A DNA stretch of 61,264 bases, filler included, from Globobulimina sp. (taxonomy: Eukaryota), in the NCBI GenBank assembly GCA_003354225.1. It is 20 parts of 20 records of this genome, joined end to end, with 100 filler letters (N's around TTAATTAATTAA, not from the genome) between each part and the next. Parts side by side here need not be neighbours in the genome. Positions count along the whole stretch, not along the records: positions 42,965 to 45,931 come from PIVH01004203.1; positions 46,032 to 48,998 come from PIVH01004204.1; positions 49,099 to 52,065 come from PIVH01004205.1; positions 52,166 to 55,132 come from PIVH01004206.1; positions 55,233 to 58,198 come from PIVH01004207.1; 15 more parts are not named here. One strand, 5' to 3'. Below are positions 42,965 through 55,340 of the stretch, piece by piece (position 1 is the first letter of the stretch; every line of letters starts with the position of its first letter). Below the pieces are notes generated by a model, which made no database searches, was not told where the DNA came from, and saw only the letters and a list, made by a program, of their open reading frames with translations. The translations under genes and the position numbers were made by a program.

Positions 42965-45864
42965 TGATAATGATAATGAGGAGGAGGAGCAAGAGGAGCA
43001 AGAGGATGAGGACGAGGATGAGGACGAGGATGAGGATGAATCGGAGGAAGAATTTATATCCTTTCTGGATCGCATGAAGCAGGAAAGAAAAGACCATCGT
43101 AAATCAATCAAAGAGGCACATCGACGAAGACCCACTGCGGAGGATCTAATGAAGCGAGGCATATTAAAGCCCGGTGCTTATGACTCTGTATATATGTCCA
43201 ATGAATATGCAAACTCATTAACTGCTAACAAAGAAAAAGCACAACAAGACCGAGATGAACGTACTTCGCCAGAAGTAGACGATGAGGAATCATCGAGTTC
43301 GTCTGAGTCGGCCTCTGAATCTTCACCTTCATCACCCGATGATTCGCAAGATGCGTATCCGACTTTTTTAGATCGAATGCGAGAGGAAAAGGAGAATGTT
43401 AAGCGTTCACTGGAAAGTAAGCATGCTCGTCGACCGTCGCAACAAGACTTGGAAGATGCGGGTATTGTGGAAAGGGGATATTTTGAAAATATGCAAGTTG
43501 CGTTAACTAAAAAAAAACAACGCCGGCAATCTTTTACCGTTGAATTGGCCTCATTCTTCCAACAAAGGCCAGACATCGCTGAGATGTTAACCAAAGGATT
43601 GGTCGCCGCTGAATTTATTGGCATGGACTCGTTAGAAATGGCCAATAAACGAAAAGCGATCAAAACTCTGTTAAATCGGAAATTAAATAAAAAAAGAAGA
43701 CCCACCATGGATGATCTTGAGATGCGCGGTATTGTGCCATCCGGCTATTTCAGTGATGCAGTTTAGTGTATTATATATTGTATATGTGGTAATCGTGAAA
43801 ATTGAATAATAACAAAGGAGGCCGCAATGTTAAACTTGTATCAAGGAAGAGACAGTATAACACAACGATTATTTTCACGATTACAACATAGAGCAAACAT
43901 AGCTACTTTAGAACAACGCAATGTTGTTCCAAAGGGGTATTTTGTAGATACGGTGTGCTTTTATGTGCTTTTGTGTTTTTTATACAATATATTTAATATA
44001 TATTTAGCAAAAAGCAGTGACCAAAAAGCATACTCGGCGCATGACCGCAGAAAAAGAGCTGAGCAATTTTTTACCGCAAAGAATGAATCCAAGAAAAATG
44101 ATGGAAAGAGGAATTATCCCAAAACAACAATTTCAAAATATTATGGGAATGACCTTACAAATGAGTAATAATAATAATAATGAAATGAATAAACAGCAGC
44201 AAGCGTTTAGTGTCGGCGCCCTCGGCGTTGCCGGTGTTTTTGGACAAAAAATGGTGAAACAAACAATAAAAGAATTGGATGAGGAGGAAGAAGAAGAAGA
44301 AGAAGAGGAAGATAAACAACGGCGTGATTCCAAACGCATCTCGTCGGGAATCGGTGATATTGTGCTTGATCTGCCCCAACAATATGGCCAACCTAATTTA
44401 TTTAATCACGACAATTGGACCCAAAATCTATACGAGTCACTACTAAATTCACTGCAATTTGGACACATTTTACGGCGCATAGAAAAAGAAAAAAATAATA
44501 AAAGTAAGGACTGGTTTCAAACCGTCTTAAAAAAATATCAAACATTTGAAAGATTGTATCATTTGAAAATGAATAATTTGCAACGGGAAAAGTGTATAAT
44601 TTTATCTTCGATCATAGACTGCGAAAAGGAAGAAAATGAATCATTAGCAATCCTCAGCCATTTAATTACTGAGCACAGCTCATTGGAACAGAAAATAAGG
44701 CCGCAAATGAAAATGCTATTACATAAAATGTGTCTGGTTGAAGGAAGAATAAATGTATGCAATACAAATAAAAATGTAAATATACGCATACGCAAAGAAT
44801 ACGAAAAGGAGCTGCATTATTATGATACATATATACGGGAACTAAAAAATGTATTTATTCATACAAATAATATACGATCGAAATATCAAAATACAATTCG
44901 GACATTAATTGAATATAAAAAAGAATTAAATCTGGAGTTAAAAAGTAAAGATAGTGAGATGGATGAATTGCGAATCGAATTAGAGCATAAATTTGGAGAA
45001 TTTAATGGATTGTTTGATGAGAATTCGAATGATAATTCGAATGAGAATGAGGAGGATGAGGAAAAGAAGCAAAAATACGACCCTTTGGCGTGTGATCCGA
45101 TAACAGATTTAAACGCAGTGTTGGATCGCAAGAATAAGAATATTGTAAACAATTTGGATTTATTATCATTTCGGATCTCCACCATTCCGGCCAGCGACTA
45201 TGCACTACGCGTGATTGAATTATGTCAGTTGTCCTATATTTATAGCAGTGAGCGATTAAAGTCGTTTTTCGAATGGTTCATACGTTTTGCCGTCCAATCT
45301 TTTATAGAGATCAATTATGCCCACACTTGCTTCACCACACAAAATATAAAGGCAATCAATACCGAAATATCTCAGTTAAAGTCCATTAAATTTATCGCAG
45401 AATTAATTGTTTTACCACAGCCAAATGATAACAAACTTACTTTTGAGAAAATATTATATAAATATTTAACAATCATTGTATCCTATCTTGAGTTGTTGCC
45501 ATCGAATAATAATAATAAGGATACAATGTCGAATAATAATATCGATCACGAATATGTAATATTTCATGTCGCGAGATATTTAACATCGCATTTTATATTT
45601 TCGCAAAATATTATGTCCCAAAATGAAGCACAAGATATTGTTGGCATTGCCCAACAAAAAGTGTTCGATTGGATCAATATTATATTAGAATCACGCCAAT
45701 CACACTTTGAATTTTCCAAAGATTATAATAAAATAGAAAATAAAATAAATAAGCCACGAAATATAATTAAAGCCACCAAATATGACTGTGTGGCTCGTGT
45801 GAGACCGGCCAAGGCTGCTGCCATTGTTATGGATTATGTTTATGATATACATGTTCATGGATAG
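42965..45864 (+). CDS. RPEL-repeat (G-actin-binding) protein with a coiled-coil C-terminus, 5' partial; introns 43761-43817 and 43953-44007
   Basis: RRPTAEDLMKRGIL, RRPSQQDLEDAGIV, QRPDIAEMLTKGLV, RRPTMDDLEMRGIV, HRANIATLEQRNVV, QRMNPRKMMERGII. Confidence 0.85.
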
Positions 45865-46031
45865 ATAGATCTATTCGATCGACTGTTATTACTGTAATTC
45901 CCCTTCTTTTCTTTTCTTTTTTGTTTGTCTTNNNNNNNNNNNNNNNNNNNNNNNNNNNNNNNNNNNNNNNNNNNNTTAATTAATTAANNNNNNNNNNNNN
46001 NNNNNNNNNNNNNNNNNNNNNNNNNNNNNNN

Positions 46032-46636
46032 GTAGCTGCTTCTTCTGCGTTCTCCTGTTGATTGCATTTACATTTACATTTCTTCTGTCCCTCCGCAATG
46101 AATGTTGCTCCGTGATAACAACAAAAACATATTAAACACAAACACATTAATACAACCACTGCAAATTGGATGATACTCCACGACAATACCATTACACCAA
46201 TAGCTTCTGCTCGACATTGTTTATTCATTTCTCGCGTATAAATATATAAACCAATCCCAGCCCAAACCAAATTGAATATTGCTATTAGACATTGAGGGCA
46301 ATTGGCACATTCTTTACATTGTTTTCTCTCTTTGCCAGAACATAAATAGCTGCAACAAGTAAGCACTAAACGATACGCCAGGAAACCAATTTGGATATAA
46401 CCACCAATATACAAAAATAGCTGCAAATCTATCGTATACGAACCATCTCCGCCTGCTCCGCATGGCGATGTAGATTCGTCATAGTGTGAGCCAATAATAA
46501 CGGCAGCGATGGCAGCTGGTAATAAAAGGCAACCAGCCATACCATTGTCTTCTTCGCCCTTCATTTTTTCAAATGGGGTTTTACATTGTTCAGAGGTGTC
46601 TGGTTCATTCAATGGTGTGCAATGTGCAGTGTTCAT
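46032..46636 (-). CDS. Four-TM Cys-rich membrane protein, 3' partial
   Basis: Four hydrophobic helices with loop cysteines. Confidence 0.7.
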
Positions 46637-46803
46637 AGTTTATATGTATGTAGTATGGTATGTAGTATTTTAATAAAACTGTGGTTTGAAGTGGTGTAAT
46701 GGTTGATTTTAGAGAGCGACTCTACTAAAATATAAAATTGTTTTTGTACTTCAAGTTCAAGTTCAAGTCTTCAACATTCAGTGTCATCAGCACTTTCCAG
46801 TTG

Positions 46804-48420
46804 TTATACAGTGCAATAATTGTCCCACCCATCATTACCGATTTTAATGTTGAACTTATCATAAAATCGATTTGGATTTAGATTTTCTTTGTGTATTTTT
46901 TTCCATAAATCTTGTGAGAACTTAATATATTTGAACGTCAAACCACGAGTTTGATATCCAGGCACTATCAATGAAATGCATTTGTTGCTTTTCATTACAT
47001 GTTTCTGTGGGTCATTAATGTTACAATTTAGTTTGCTAAGCCATGACCACATTAACTTTGTCCATGTCGAAGATGCCAAGACAATGAAATATTGTGTATC
47101 CAAATGGATTTGCAGTACTAGTGACGATATGGCTGATACGATATGATCAGTCTCAAGCGAAGTATGAGTGTCATTCTTTGAAAAGTGTTTGCCAAAATGT
47201 CTCAATGTCTTTTGAAATGTCGTCGTTCCTTCACCAACAGAATAATCCTCTGTATTCAGTACAATATTCCAATCCGTTACATTTGAGTAGCTGTCATTTT
47301 TCATAGTTTGAGTCACTTTGTCCACAAATGATATATCTTCAGATGTCAATATAACATTTCTTATTTGATCATTGCTCAAATATTTAATCGAATTCATCAA
47401 ATATACATATTCTACGGGTGTGAAACAATCGATTTCCGCGGCATGGCTGTATTGTTTGCCTGTTATGGAGTTAATATTTGAGCACTTATCACTTGCTCGA
47501 ATTGGCAATGAAACAGTTTTGGCCGGATCTATAAACCTTATATTTGATTTTGAGACGGATTTGTTGATTGATTTCCTGATTTTGTCAAAGACAATTTGCC
47601 GGATAGCTGGCTGTGGCCGCAGCAGAAATGACAATGTAACGCCAGAATATTCAGCTGCCGTCATTTTAAAGCGCCAATTGCTAAACTTACTGATTGCTCT
47701 TCTCATAACTGGTCGAGCTGCGGAACGCTGATTGACATAAATAACTTTTTGTGTCACACAATATGAGTTATCACATTTTGCCAATAAACCACCTTCGACG
47801 GGACCATAGCCGTTGCCTTCATAATATAGGTTGTGATCAGATTTATTTATATTGGATAATACGTCCAATGGATCGCAATTTGATAATGGCAGAAAATAAC
47901 ATTACATGCCATTTTTATTTCGACAGTAATCGCCAATTTCACTCCAATCAAAGACGCCGTGCAATAAAAATGTGCGATTTAACAGCAATGCAGTTGTGAA
48001 GTATCTTAATATGTTACCAAATAATGAGGCCCCTAAACCTGAGCCTTTCTCCAGATATATGTCATAAATAAGAAACCGCTGAGTAGCGGCAGTGCAATTT
48101 AGTGGAAACTGTATTTTGTGCAGAAATTTGAAATATGTTACTTGAGTCTGGTACGATTTCGATTGTTCAATTCTGCAAAATTGTTGTTCGTTTAGTTGCT
48201 GCCACGTTGCTGGTGTTGATATTGGTTCATTTTTTAGCAGGTCATCAACAATCAGATTCTCTGTTGGATTTATCAGATTTATTACAGTGTGGCTGTATTC
48301 CATACCATTTAATTTGTCGTATATTTCGTGGTGTTGCAGCGTGAATGTTATACATGATATTATAACACCGATGGAAACTAATACGATGAAGGCACCGCTT
48401 TTTGTTGGTCCTTTGGCCAT
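46804..48420 (-). pseudogene. GT23/FUT8-NodZ-like fucosyltransferase with one in-frame TAA at 47902-47904
   Basis: Type II TM anchor; GSGLGA.L, LLNRT, GM*CYFLPLSNC, LPIRASDKC, VILTSED and ASSTWTKL. The two ORFs are in the same frame, 33 nt apart. Confidence 0.7.
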
Positions 48421-49261
48421 TGTAAGGAGTAAAAACCATGTAAGTAAAAACTGAAAAAAACAGCATACATTTTCTACTCAGTTGGTGATTTGCGATACGC
48501 TGACGAATGAAATGTATGATATAATCTAGACAGACATAGAAAAAATAGATGCGATATAATAATGCCATACGCTACAAATGAAGCTAAAGATAATATATTC
48601 GTCCATAAAATTGACATAGAAACAATGCAAATTATCAGATTGATTAACAATAAATTTAGCTGAATGATACCGAATGCAGTGCAAACATAAAACATATATT
48701 TGATGCCAATGATTGTAATACAGAAAGTTATAACCAATCCCGAAACAATGAGAATCCACTTTTTTTGTTGTTGGTCCACTATAACTTCCACAAACTTTAT
48801 TTGAAGAACCAGATGCATATTGGACTTGACATCCAGAACAAAAAGTACAATTTGTATTTTTTTTCCGACAAAGCTATTTTCGTAGCGAGAAGGAATTGAA
48901 GTGCCTGCTTTTACGACAACTCTAATGGGTTATATTTATGCCTATTGCAACACACAAAAGTCAACTTAGTCAAGCAAAATGACGAAAGAGTTAGATGTNN
49001 NNNNNNNNNNNNNNNNNNNNNNNNNNNNNNNNNNNNNNNNNNTTAATTAATTAANNNNNNNNNNNNNNNNNNNNNNNNNNNNNNNNNNNNNNNNNNNNAC
49101 ATCATAAACAATTTATTGAATTTAAATGAAAGTTCGCACTGAGGCAAAAAAGAAAACATGCTGCAAATAACAAAAAATCAAAGAAAGAAAGTTTACAATG
49201 AAACAATCCAATAAACACAAATTATAAATTATTAATTAACATATTTAAGAAACAATAGTCT

Positions 49262-51468
49262 TCAACACAATGCAGATTCAGAACAAATGTTATTATGCGC
49301 ACTACTTTTTACAATTTTTTTTGATCGTTTTATACCATTTACACTTAAATGCTTTTTATTACTTTTATTAGAATGGCTTAGATGGCTATGTCCACTCTCA
49401 CTTTTATCCCCTATCGCTGTGCCATGATCTGCACTTTTATGCGGATGCGGATGATGTTGAATCTCCTGTTGCCAGCATCGCGAGCGATAATTAATATTAT
49501 TCCCAGTCATATGTATAAATATATCATCATTAATAGGCCCCGGTGTTGGAGTATCCTCCGTATTCCATAATTTCCGAATTTCTTGTAATATTTTCATTTT
49601 ATGTCCTAATTTTTTTATACCAATTATATCCAACTCATTTATACTCAGTTCCTTAATGACACATAAATCCTCAAATCCATTCGTGATAAAATGGTCAATA
49701 TACTGAGGCATTTTTACATCATTACGCAACCATAAAATAACTTCATTATCCACATCATCTTCGAACAGCGGTGGTGTTTCATAGCTCATTCTCGTCTTTG
49801 CCGAATTAGTATTACTACTTTGCATAAAAAACGGCTGTTTTTGTGTATGCAATATAAAATCCTTAACACTGTCTAATTCATTCCGTATCATTTCAATATC
49901 TTTATTATTGCTATAACAAAAACGATTTTTATTAAAACATCAACAAATTACAAATTGAGTACGTACATTGTCGTACAAAATGTTTTGGACATACTTTAAA
50001 GTATTTCTTTCTTTCTGCATCAAACCACAAACATCATTCACCGTTTTCATCATTGCTCTCGTTTGGTTGCTTAGCGTATCGTTATTAATCTGAATCTGTT
50101 CAACTGTACATATTCATAGCAGTTTTATATGCGCAAAACAAAAAAAACACAAATAAATACAATACCTATTGCACACAAAGAGTTTAATTTAACATTATAC
50201 GATTGATGCAACTCCTCAATCTCGTGACTGGTTTCCTTTTTAATCATATTTATAATTTCATAATATTGTAACTTAGTATTACTATTATTATTGTTTAAGT
50301 TTTGAATGGATGAGAAATTGGTAAATGATTGGTTTTTATATCGATTGTCTAACGTTGATGATATGGATGAAGACAATATACAATTAACACTCTCATAATC
50401 TAACGTATTACAATTATTTACTTTCTCTTCTTCAGTGTCTTGACGATCTCCGCCATGGCATCTCGTGTGCGATGTGATGGACGTTGCATATTTAAATGAG
50501 TCATTATTATTAATACTACATTTTAACGATGGCAATATCTCCTTTCCTTCATCATCATATTCATTCATAATCGTAATATCGACATAAAAAGTTAATGATC
50601 GGAGCTTATGCAATTGTACAAATTCAAAGAATCTTGAAACGCCCCAACTTGATTTATCTCCATAACTGAAATTTTTAATTCGCGAATGTTTCAAATTTTT
50701 GAATTCTTTGCACCGAAATGTATACAAAACCTTTTTAATTATATTTTTATATAAATACAATTTAAGCGTTTGGATAAATTATTAATTAAAATTAACTTTT
50801 ATTTTACTGATTTGTGGCGGTAAAGCACAAAGTGTCAAATACAAACCAACAAAGCGTTCGTCTGCAGAGCTTATGCCATTGGGATAGCAGCGAATGCACC
50901 ACATGTTATTCTCATATTTGTTAGACTCGAATGATTTGCTGTGATATGCCGATCTGAATTTATTCAAAACTTTGTTGTCTATTTTCCATATGATATATTG
51001 GAGCTGTTTATATTCGTTTTCGTAATCTTTGATATTCGGATATAAGATTTGTTTGTTTTTTTTACAGAATATCTTTAATGTATTGATGGATATTTTAAAT
51101 GTAATTAATTGTATTGGTGGCTTAATTTGAAATAATTCGGATAATAAAAGTGTGCCTTGTTTCCAGCACATTGTATCGCCGTTTTTATAATACGATGCTA
51201 TGGCTGTACAACTACTCATTGTTTCGAGACATTGTATGGTGCGACATACTATAAATTGTCTCCATTTCGATGTCATGGACACTAATTTTAAACATACATT
51301 TAAATGTCCTTTGTTTTTTTTATTCCAACCATTTGGATAAATAACAATGACCCATTTGAGTTTACCTATTTCGAATACATCAGATTCAAATGATTCACCG
51401 ACAGACGCATTCATTAGTTTGCATATTGACTGATTATTTGTGATTTGCCATGTATATGATCCGCTCAT
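49262..51468 (-). CDS. MATH-MATH, coiled-coil and SAM protein; introns 50731-50796, 50104-50165 and one near 49900-49966
   Basis: FESDVF...W...IYPNG...LNVCLKL and FESN...WCIRCYPNG...VGLYLTL; SAM WL...VKMPQYIDHFITNGFE...LDIIGIKKLGHKMKIL. Confidence 0.8.
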
Positions 51469-51725
51469 GGCCCGGCTCTAGATCTGACAAACGATAATTA
51501 TTATTATTTTAGTAGGTTGCGAGTGGACGAGATTGCTCCAAAAGACGTTTTTTTTACTCTGGCTTTTTCAACTGAGTTGTCATAAAAAACATCTTTGATG
51601 TCAGGAATATATAAATATATGATGTCTCCATCAACATAATATTTTAAGACGAAAAAAATAAAAACTGCGAGACCTGCGTACGTGTTCCCTCAATAATCAT
51701 TTTTTTTCTGAAACTACTCTGATCA

Positions 51726-52065
51726 ATGACCATGGCATCAACAATATTTCCAACTAAAGACATTGTTCATAACGGTTTAAATTGTGGTAATAATACATGG
51801 ACAATAAACAACGCCAAACTAGTAAGCAAAATATTAAATTCTAAAATTGGCGAATTATTCGAAAGTAAACCATTCCGTATGGCTCAATTATTATGGACAA
51901 TACGTTTATATCCGAATGGTAATAATTCGAATAGCAAAGGTTCGGTGAAAATATTCTTAAAATTAGTAGATATGCCCTACATATTGGAGCAAATAGTACT
52001 GTCATACACCACCACTTGTCCCGTATCCATGGCATCATCGACTGCTTTAGACATATACCTAAAAT
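51726..52065 (+). CDS. MATH-domain protein, 3' partial
   Basis: TWTIN...FESKPF...LWTIRLYPNG...GSVKIFLKL; divergent from the paralog above. Confidence 0.85.
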
Positions 52066-52174
52066 NNNNNNNNNNNNNNNNNNNNNNNNNNNNNNNNNNN
52101 NNNNNNNNNTTAATTAATTAANNNNNNNNNNNNNNNNNNNNNNNNNNNNNNNNNNNNNNNNNNNNATATTATTC

Positions 52175-53614
52175 TTACAATGTATGTAAAACACTTCTAT
52201 TCTTAGTATTTGTTTGTATGGAATACATATTTTGTCCTTCTCTTTCTTTCTTAGACTGTGCTTCTTCATCATATCCATACACCTCATCATCATCAGTTTC
52301 ATATTCATCTTCTTCTGGTATATCATACCCAAAATTAACACCATTTTCTTGCGTAAATGGCGTTGGCATAGTAGTCATATCTCGCGTATCGGTGTCAATA
52401 GTTTCATCATACTCTGTCTCTGTCTCAGTGCCCAAGTGTTCATAGTCATGTCTATGTTTATTATGTTTCAATGATCCATCCCCACCATTTGGTGGCGAAA
52501 CAGATGTAAAATGTGTTTCCGTTTCCTGTGTAACCGCAGATGTCACGGATGTTTTCGAAGTGGCACTGATTTCTTGACCAAAACCTAATCGTTTGCCAAT
52601 AATTTTAGATATACAAAACGCTCTACATTTCCTATCGCATTTACCACATATTTTCGTGTATGTTTTCTCAAAGCTCGAATAGGACATTGCTACACAGATA
52701 AAGTTGGTATACACATCAAATAAGGAACAAAAGGCTAATAAACAGGCTCCGGCTTCCACCATACTCGAATGTATAATGGTGAGATACACAAATAACAACG
52801 TAATGGGTGTAAGCAACGTCATTGCCAATGATATGATGGCTAACATTGTTGATTTGCTTATGGTGGACAACAATTTATCGTTCATTAGTTTTTTACTGTT
52901 TACAATCTCCAAATTCTGAAATACTTGAAATAATTTGTAAATCTATTTATTATTTTATTCATTTAGTGACATATAAAAAATGTGCAAAATATTTGCAATG
53001 ATTTGCGGAGTGTCACTAGTTTGCACATTTTTTATATAGGGATTTTATCTGCGACTTATACATACAAACAGTGCAGATAAAGAAAACGAGAATGCAATGA
53101 TAAATATGAAGGATATTAATAAAATGATGGTGTATGCGATGCCTTTGACCGTCCATAATGTGATAAAATAGCAAGGCGTGGCCAGTGGGATGAAAATGAA
53201 TATTGCAGTATGTATTCGTACGGTTATTTTGGATAAGGCATAATGCGATCCTTTAAACACATAATTGAGTCTCAAAAATAATACTAACCATAAAAGATAT
53301 GTTTGTGCGCCATAAAAAACAATAAAATAAATCCAATGCATAAAATCCGTGTAATTTACGTCGCCGTGGAAACAAATTGCCATTGAATTCCTGACTGTGG
53401 CTAATAATGCAAGTGACGAGAATATGAAAAATATTAATCCAGAAAAATATAATAATTTTGGCGGTCTTCTTTTTGGAAACAATTTGTAATCTTTGCAAAA
53501 TTTATACAATGTGTAAACTGAGCTAAAAAATAACAGTCCGTTGACGACGGTATAGGCAAAAGCAAAGACCACTGCTGTCATTGAACAGTCCATATTCATA
53601 GCCAACCGACCCAT
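52175..53614 (-). CDS. Seven-transmembrane receptor-like protein; intron 52943-53065
   Basis: Spliced ALF/IYKLFQVF; seven hydrophobic segments; DVYTNFICVAMSY...YTKICGKCD; acidic tail. Confidence 0.8.
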
Positions 53615-54342
53615 GATGAATTTGATGTGATCGAGCTGATTTTATTTAAAACTGCGAAAATAGTAAGTACGTTGGAAATATCATCCTACAGTGTTGGACA
53701 AATTGTTGTTAGGTGTTAAATTTTATTATACAATTATGTATGAATGCAAGCATGATGAAGGCCCAAATTATAAACCACCACGGAATGCAGTGGTGCGTTG
53801 TTTTCAAGCCATTCCGTGATATTTAAGGAGCTGGGTCATCCTTTTTACTATTGGATTCTTTATATTTTTGGTCAAATATATTGTCTCTTGGATGTATTAA
53901 AATGTACTTTATCACTCAGCAGAAAAATATCAAAAGAAAAGGCAATTACTATCAACTCGTGTGATACTCTGAGATTAGAATATAAATCATAAAATGAGTG
54001 GAAATATAATTTTGATGTATTACCTTTGCTTTTGCATATTTAATTTTGTGATAAAAGAACTTATATCCTCGCACACCACTGCTAAAAACATCATGCCAAC
54101 CATGTCACATCATGCCAAACCAATATATTTATATAAATAACGAAAGGCTGTGGATAAGCTGACACTGACTGTTTCTACTGTTGATCAGGACCATTATTTT
54201 AGCGTTACTGCCACAAATGGAAAATTTAATATGTCTGATATTCGAGAAACAGTAAGTCCGTAACAATTAATGCAAATCCACCCAATTTATTGTTTCTCAA
54301 TTTATTTTACACAGCTGCATTATTTCCGGCTTCAATAAAATG

Positions 54343-54547
54343 TCTATTCATAGCATCTAACTGTTTCTACTTTCTATTCATAACATCTTATACAAAGCAT
54401 CTATTCATAGCATCTGACATCTATTCATAGTATATCTTATACAAAGTACCTATTTATAGTATCCAACATCTATTCTTATTCCTAACCTCTTACACAACCT
54501 ACAAAGTATATCTATTCATTGGCATTTAGCATCCATTCATAACATCT
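54343..54547 (+). repeat. Degenerate tandem repeat, core TCTATTCATAGCATC, about 8 copies
   Basis: The core recurs at irregular 20-50 bp spacing; the intervening TTATACAAAG also recurs. Confidence 0.8.
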
Positions 54548-54554
54548 CTCCAGT

Positions 54555-55132
54555 ATGAAAAACCAGATCACAATGTTATCCATTATCTTATGTTCAAGTG
54601 TTGCAATCGGTTATAGCGCACATCAAAGACAGTTAACTTCATCACAAACGTATGTAATATCTTTGTTCATTTCTACAAAAATAAATTAAATAAAACTATT
54701 ATAATTTATTCAATACTACACTGTACACTACAATTTATACAGTACATCGAATGCGGCTGCTCGTGGTTATGCTATCACACTGGAAAAATACACATGGAAT
54801 CAGGGTTTAGCAGTATGTAAACAGTATGGCACATCACTTGCGAGCATAGTAACTGATCAACAAATTAACGACGCAGCGAGTTTAATTCCTGGCAAAACGG
54901 GAGGGAATTCAGCATGGATTGGTTTACATGAATTATGTGGTCAAAATAATAAATTCGAATGGGTTGACCACACCTCGTGTGACTATGTTACAAGTAACAC
55001 AAGTTTATGTATTGATGATTCACGTTGGTTGGAAGGGAAACCAGCCAATGATAACAATGCTGGACGACAATGTGTTGAGTTATACCGTACGTACAATACT
55101 TCAGATACGTGGTGCATTGGTAATTGTAATCA
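54555..55132 (+). CDS. Secreted C-type lectin-domain protein, 3' partial; intron about 54650-54742 (not in the ORF track)
   Basis: Hand translation gives MKNQITMLSIILCSSVAIG...YTWNQGLAVCKQYGTSLASI...AWIGL...FEWVD...W..GKP.N...QCVE. Confidence 0.85.
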
Positions 55133-55340
55133 NNNNNNNNNNNNNNNNNNNNNNNNNNNNNNNNNNNNNNNNNNNNTTAATTAATTAANNNNNNNNNNNN
55201 NNNNNNNNNNNNNNNNNNNNNNNNNNNNNNNNTGGTTTTAGATAAGGTTTTGTTTTTCGTTTCTATTTTACTGTCACTAGGTCAGTAAACATAACGACGA
55301 AAAATCAGTGAAAACTACATCGAACCACTACCAAGTAGCC

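Noticed and set aside
21930..47904. Genome-wide TAA reassignment (ciliate-like code)
   Set aside because: TAA ends conserved proteins at the expected positions (CAP 56814-56816, epoxide hydrolase, LanCL), and long AT-rich ORFs have no internal TAA. Only two isolated cases were found.
48474..48818. Hydrophobic 114-aa ORF
   Set aside because: No motif, and AT-rich DNA readily yields such frames. It may be a gene fragment, but I cannot support a call.
54343..54547. CRISPR array
   Set aside because: Repeats are short and degenerate, spacing is irregular, spacers resemble each other, no cas genes are present, and the context is eukaryotic.
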